A DNA stretch of 20,000 nt from an uncultured virus (IMG/VR IMGVR_UViG_3300026250_000242) (taxonomy: Duplodnaviria > Heunggongvirae > Uroviricota > Caudoviricetes), in the IMG/VR virus record IMGVR_UViG_3300026250_000242; one strand, given 5' to 3'. This document shows positions 16,907 to 20,000 of the stretch, one piece after another. The notes under the pieces are model-generated. The model worked only from the letters and a program-made list of their open reading frames with translations, did no database searches and had not been told where the DNA came from. How positions within the stretch are numbered: position 1 is the stretch's first letter; each line of letters starts with the position of its first letter. The position numbers and the translations under genes were made by a program.

Positions 16907-17452
16907 ATGAGAGATCAGGAAACACCCAGGAAACACACAATCCCCAATGATACGGCCAAGCCGACGATCACCTGCTTCGTCTACGGCACGCTCAAACGCG
17001 GATTCTGGAACCACGACCGCTTCTGCCGCAATGCCATCGACATCCAGCCCGCCACCACCTGGGGGCGCCTCTACGAACTCCCCGCAGGCTACCCGGCCCT
17101 CGAAGTCCCTGAATCCGCCATCCTCGCCCACGGCACCGCCGATCCCCTGGCCGACGCCGCCACCCAGGCCCGTCTTGCCGCCCACGCGCCCCAACACGCT
17201 GCCGATAGCCCACCCTCCGGTGACTGGGACCTGATCCACGGCGAACTCATCACCTTCCCCGACCCCGCCCGTGATCTCCCGCCCATAGATCGGCTGGAGG
17301 GCTTCATGCGCGAAAACTGCTCCTTGTACAGACGAGTGCTGATTCACGCAAAAACGGCCTCAAGATGTTGTGCTTGTTGGTGTTATGTTGTTGGCAAAAG
17401 CCGCTTGCTGCAAACTGGCGCACTGAGGATTGCCGAGTATTTTACGCAGTAG
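16907..17452 (+). CDS. Gamma-glutamylcyclotransferase (GGCT/AIG2-like)
   Basis: FVYGTLKRG..NH, GRLY..GYPAL, IHGEL and IDRLEG...LYRR motifs. Confidence 0.9.
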   Translation: MRDQETPRKHTIPNDTAKPTITCFVYGTLKRGFWNHDRFCRNAIDIQPATTWGRLYELPAGYPALEVPESAILAHGTADPLADAATQARLAAHAPQHAADSPPSGDWDLIHGELITFPDPARDLPPIDRLEGFMRENCSLYRRVLIHAKTASRCCACWCYVVGKSRLLQTGALRIAEYFTQ

Positions 17453-17474
17453 ATAAATTACTGCTATTTTCTTC

Positions 17475-17504
17475 TTGACATGGACTGCCTTTCTCGGATA
17501 ATAT
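17475..17504 (+). promoter_or_regulatory. Sigma70-type promoter for the restriction-modification operon
   Basis: Perfect TTGACA (17475-17480), then GATAAT (16-nt spacer) or TAATAT (18-nt spacer), in an AT-rich intergenic gap. Confidence 0.7.
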
Positions 17505-17547
17505 TGCACAGTAGGATGATTACCGATGCTTGGAGTTGCTACAGGAC

Positions 17548-18135
17548 ATGATTACTCGACATCTAAAATCCGCAGTGGAAATAATGGTCGGCTATCAGAG
17601 TCGCGCACGGATTGACCATGATCCTGTCGGGACACACAGGCTTATCCTTGGGCGTGACTTCCATTCAAAGAACCATCTCTACACTGACTCCCTCCTGACC
17701 TTCAATCCTGACCGTGATCCTGAACCATACGCGATCAAGCCAGGGGACGTCCTGTTCCAAGCAAGAGGGGGCGAGCACTTCGCTTACTGCATAGTCGAAC
17801 CGCCACCGAACACACTTGCCGGGAGTTCTTTCTATATTCTGCGCCCTCGTCACAAGGACTTGTATCCCCACTTTCTTGCTTGGTGGATCAACCAACGTCC
17901 TGCACAGCATTACCTGCAGGCCGAGTCTCAATCTGCGAGCATGCCGTTTGTGTCAAAAACGGTCCTCTCCCGTCTGGAGATTAGGATTCCGGATGTCCGA
18001 ACCCAAGAGAATATTCACCGCGCCCATGTTCTGATGGAGAAGGAGACGGCTCTCCGACGAGTGATTGCGGCGCGGCGCAGGCATCTTATTGAAACGATCT
18101 GCATGAACAGCATACGTGAACAAGGAGCCCGGTAG
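17548..18135 (+). CDS. Single-TRD type I restriction-modification specificity-like protein (half HsdS)
   Basis: IKPGDVLFQARG, FYILRP, FLAWWIN and L..LEI.IP....Q followed by a helical tail. Abuts hsdM. ATG 17548 is preferred over TTG 17530. Confidence 0.75.
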   Translation: MITRHLKSAVEIMVGYQSRARIDHDPVGTHRLILGRDFHSKNHLYTDSLLTFNPDRDPEPYAIKPGDVLFQARGGEHFAYCIVEPPPNTLAGSSFYILRPRHKDLYPHFLAWWINQRPAQHYLQAESQSASMPFVSKTVLSRLEIRIPDVRTQENIHRAHVLMEKETALRRVIAARRRHLIETICMNSIREQGAR

Positions 18136-19698
18136 ATGAGCCACGCGATCAAGCCCGACGACATCAACAAAATCGTATGGAAGGCCTGCGACACGTTTCG
18201 TGGCGCGGTCGATCCGTCGGAATACAAGAACTATATCCTCACGATTCTTTTCATCAAGTATATGAGCGATTTGTGGCAGGACAAGCGCGATGCCTACGAG
18301 GAGAAATTCAAAGGGGACAGAGTCCGAATTGATCGTGCGCTCAGCCGAGAACGTTTCGTCATACCAGAAGTTGAACTAAAAGATGGTAAGGGCAAACGGA
18401 CGGATTGCTTTCAAGCGACCTTCCAGAGCCTCTTCGAGCGGCGCGAGGTCGCCAACATTGGCGAGCTGATCAATATCACCCTGACAGCCATTGAAGATGC
18501 CAACAAGGCAAAACTCGAAAACGTCTTCCGAAACATAGACTTCAACAGCGAACCAGCCCTCGGCCAGACCAAAGAGCGAAACAAACGGTTAAAGCACCTT
18601 CTCGAGGATTTCGCCGACCCACGTCTCGATCTTCGGCCTTCGCGCATCGGCAATCGCGACGTCATCGGAGATGTCTACGAATACCTGATATCCCAATTTG
18701 CGGCAGGCGCAGGCAAGAAGGCGGGAGAATTCTATACGCCGCCCGAGGTCTCGACGGTCCTGGCGAAGCTCGTGTCCCCGAACTCAGGCGACCGCATCTG
18801 CGACCCGGCATGCGGTTCGGGCTCTCTGCTCATCAAGGTCGGACATGAAGTCCCCGATGGCAATTATGCCCTCTACGGCCAGGAGTCCAACGGCTCAACC
18901 TGGTCCCTCTGCCGCATGAACATGTTCCTCCACGGTTGCGATTCCGCACGTATTGAATGGTGCGACACCATCGGCAATCCCAAATTGCTGGAGCAGAACG
19001 AACTGATGCGCTTCAACGTGGTCGTGGCCAATCCCCCCTTCTCGCTTGAAAAGTGGGGGCACGATGAAGCGGCGCACGATCCGTTCAACCGCTTCTGGCG
19101 CGGCATCCCTCCCAAGAGCCGGGGCGACTACGCCTTTATCAGTCACATGGTCGAAATCGCGCATGAAGGCGAAGGTCGCGTCGGTGTCGTCGTGCCGCAT
19201 GGCGTGTTGTTCCGGGGCGGCGCCGAAGGCGTTATCCGTCGCAAGTTGGTCGAAGACAATCAACTCGAAGCAGTGGTCGGACTGCCGGCGCAACTGTTCT
19301 TTGGAACCGGCATTCCGGCAGCCATCATGATCTTCAACAAAGGGCGTAAATCGTGGGACAAGGCCCGATCCAAACGCGACAAGCACGTCCTCTTCATCGA
19401 CGCCAGTCGCGAGTTCGAGAATGGGAAGAAACAAAACCGTCTCCGCCCAGCGGATATCGACAAGATAGTGGCCACATATCGCGGTTTTACGGAAGTTGAG
19501 AAATACAGCCATCTTGCCTCCCTCGAAGAAATCCAGGAAGCCGAATTCAACCTAAACATTCCCCGCTATGTCGACACATTCGAGGAGGAAGAAGACATCG
19601 ACATCCCGGCCGTGCAGAGCGAAATCGAGGAACTGGAGAAGGAACTGGCGGCCACCCAGGGCGATCTCAATGGCTATCTGAAGGGATTGGGACTATGA
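18136..19698 (+). CDS. hsdM: Type I restriction-modification methyltransferase subunit M
   Basis: WKACDTFRG, YEYLISQFA..AGK.AGEFYTP, DPACGSGSLL (motif I), NPPF (motif IV), PHGVLFRG and FNLNIPRYV. Confidence 0.96.
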   Translation: MSHAIKPDDINKIVWKACDTFRGAVDPSEYKNYILTILFIKYMSDLWQDKRDAYEEKFKGDRVRIDRALSRERFVIPEVELKDGKGKRTDCFQATFQSLFERREVANIGELINITLTAIEDANKAKLENVFRNIDFNSEPALGQTKERNKRLKHLLEDFADPRLDLRPSRIGNRDVIGDVYEYLISQFAAGAGKKAGEFYTPPEVSTVLAKLVSPNSGDRICDPACGSGSLLIKVGHEVPDGNYALYGQESNGSTWSLCRMNMFLHGCDSARIEWCDTIGNPKLLEQNELMRFNVVVANPPFSLEKWGHDEAAHDPFNRFWRGIPPKSRGDYAFISHMVEIAHEGEGRVGVVVPHGVLFRGGAEGVIRRKLVEDNQLEAVVGLPAQLFFGTGIPAAIMIFNKGRKSWDKARSKRDKHVLFIDASREFENGKKQNRLRPADIDKIVATYRGFTEVEKYSHLASLEEIQEAEFNLNIPRYVDTFEEEEDIDIPAVQSEIEELEKELAATQGDLNGYLKGLGL

Positions 19699-20000
19699 GT
19701 GGACGCCCCAACATTCCCGACAAAACTCAGACTCGGCTTTGGCTTCAGGCTGGTGGACGTTGTCAGTATGAAGGCTGTAACGAGCCCCTCTGGCGCGATG
19801 ATCTGACGATGGCCGACATGAATGGTGCCTACGTCGCACATATTGTGGCTGCGACGCCGAATGGTCCCCGTGGGGACGCCACTCTCTCCCCTAAGCTGGC
19901 CATTGAGATTTCGAATTTGATGTTGATGTGTGACAAGCACCATCGGCTCATCGATAGAGAACAGGTAGCCGAGCATCCAGTCGACCGGCTGACCGCAATG
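19695..20000 (+). CDS. HNH endonuclease resembling the N-terminus of CBASS Cap5 (HNH-SAVED), 3'-truncated
   Basis: ATGA overlap with the hsdM stop. Hand translation: MSGRPNIPDKTQTRLWLQAGGRCQYEGCNEPLWRDDLTMADMNGAYVAHIVAATPNGPRGDATLSPKLAIEISNLMLMCDKHHRLIDREQVAEHPVDRLTAM. Motifs are CxxxxC, AHI, GPRG and NLMLMCxxHHxxID. The SAVED domain is not visible. Confidence 0.8.
   Translation, partial: MSGRPNIPDKTQTRLWLQAGGRCQYEGCNEPLWRDDLTMADMNGAYVAHIVAATPNGPRGDATLSPKLAIEISNLMLMCDKHHRLIDREQVAEHPVDRLTAM

Noticed and set aside
19674..19976. 100-aa minus-strand ORF in the track
   Set aside because: The + strand frame from 19695 encodes a clear HNH domain coupled to hsdM.

Overview
Almost everything real lies on the + strand, in three blocks. 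(1) 1-14311 is a tightly coupled, high-GC contractile-tail baseplate/fibre operon from a myovirus-like prophage or a tailocin/eCIS. Its order is: gpV/gp5-like spike (5'-truncated), GT2 glycosyltransferase, PAAR tip, small beta protein, VWA-domain protein, unknown protein, gp25 wedge, baseplate J, P2-I-like protein with long internal repeats, several accessory structural proteins, a collar-like protein, a 1182-aa DUF4815 adsorption protein and a small helical protein, then a terminator. No capsid, sheath, tube or lysis gene is in view. (2) 14583-17452 is an amide-chemistry cassette: amidoligase (COOH-NH2 ligase), DUF5049 protein, class II glutamine amidotransferase and gamma-glutamylcyclotransferase. 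(3) From about 17330 is a lower-GC defence block with its own sigma70-like promoter: single-TRD HsdS-like gene, hsdM, then an HNH nuclease resembling the N-terminus of CBASS Cap5 (HNH-SAVED). The HNH gene is cut by the window edge and missing from the ORF track. The most unusual points are the glycosyltransferase and VWA genes inside the spike-tip module, a Herelleviridae-like gene trio in a high-GC element, and the Cap5-like nuclease coupled to hsdM. All family calls are from motif recognition; no database searches were run.
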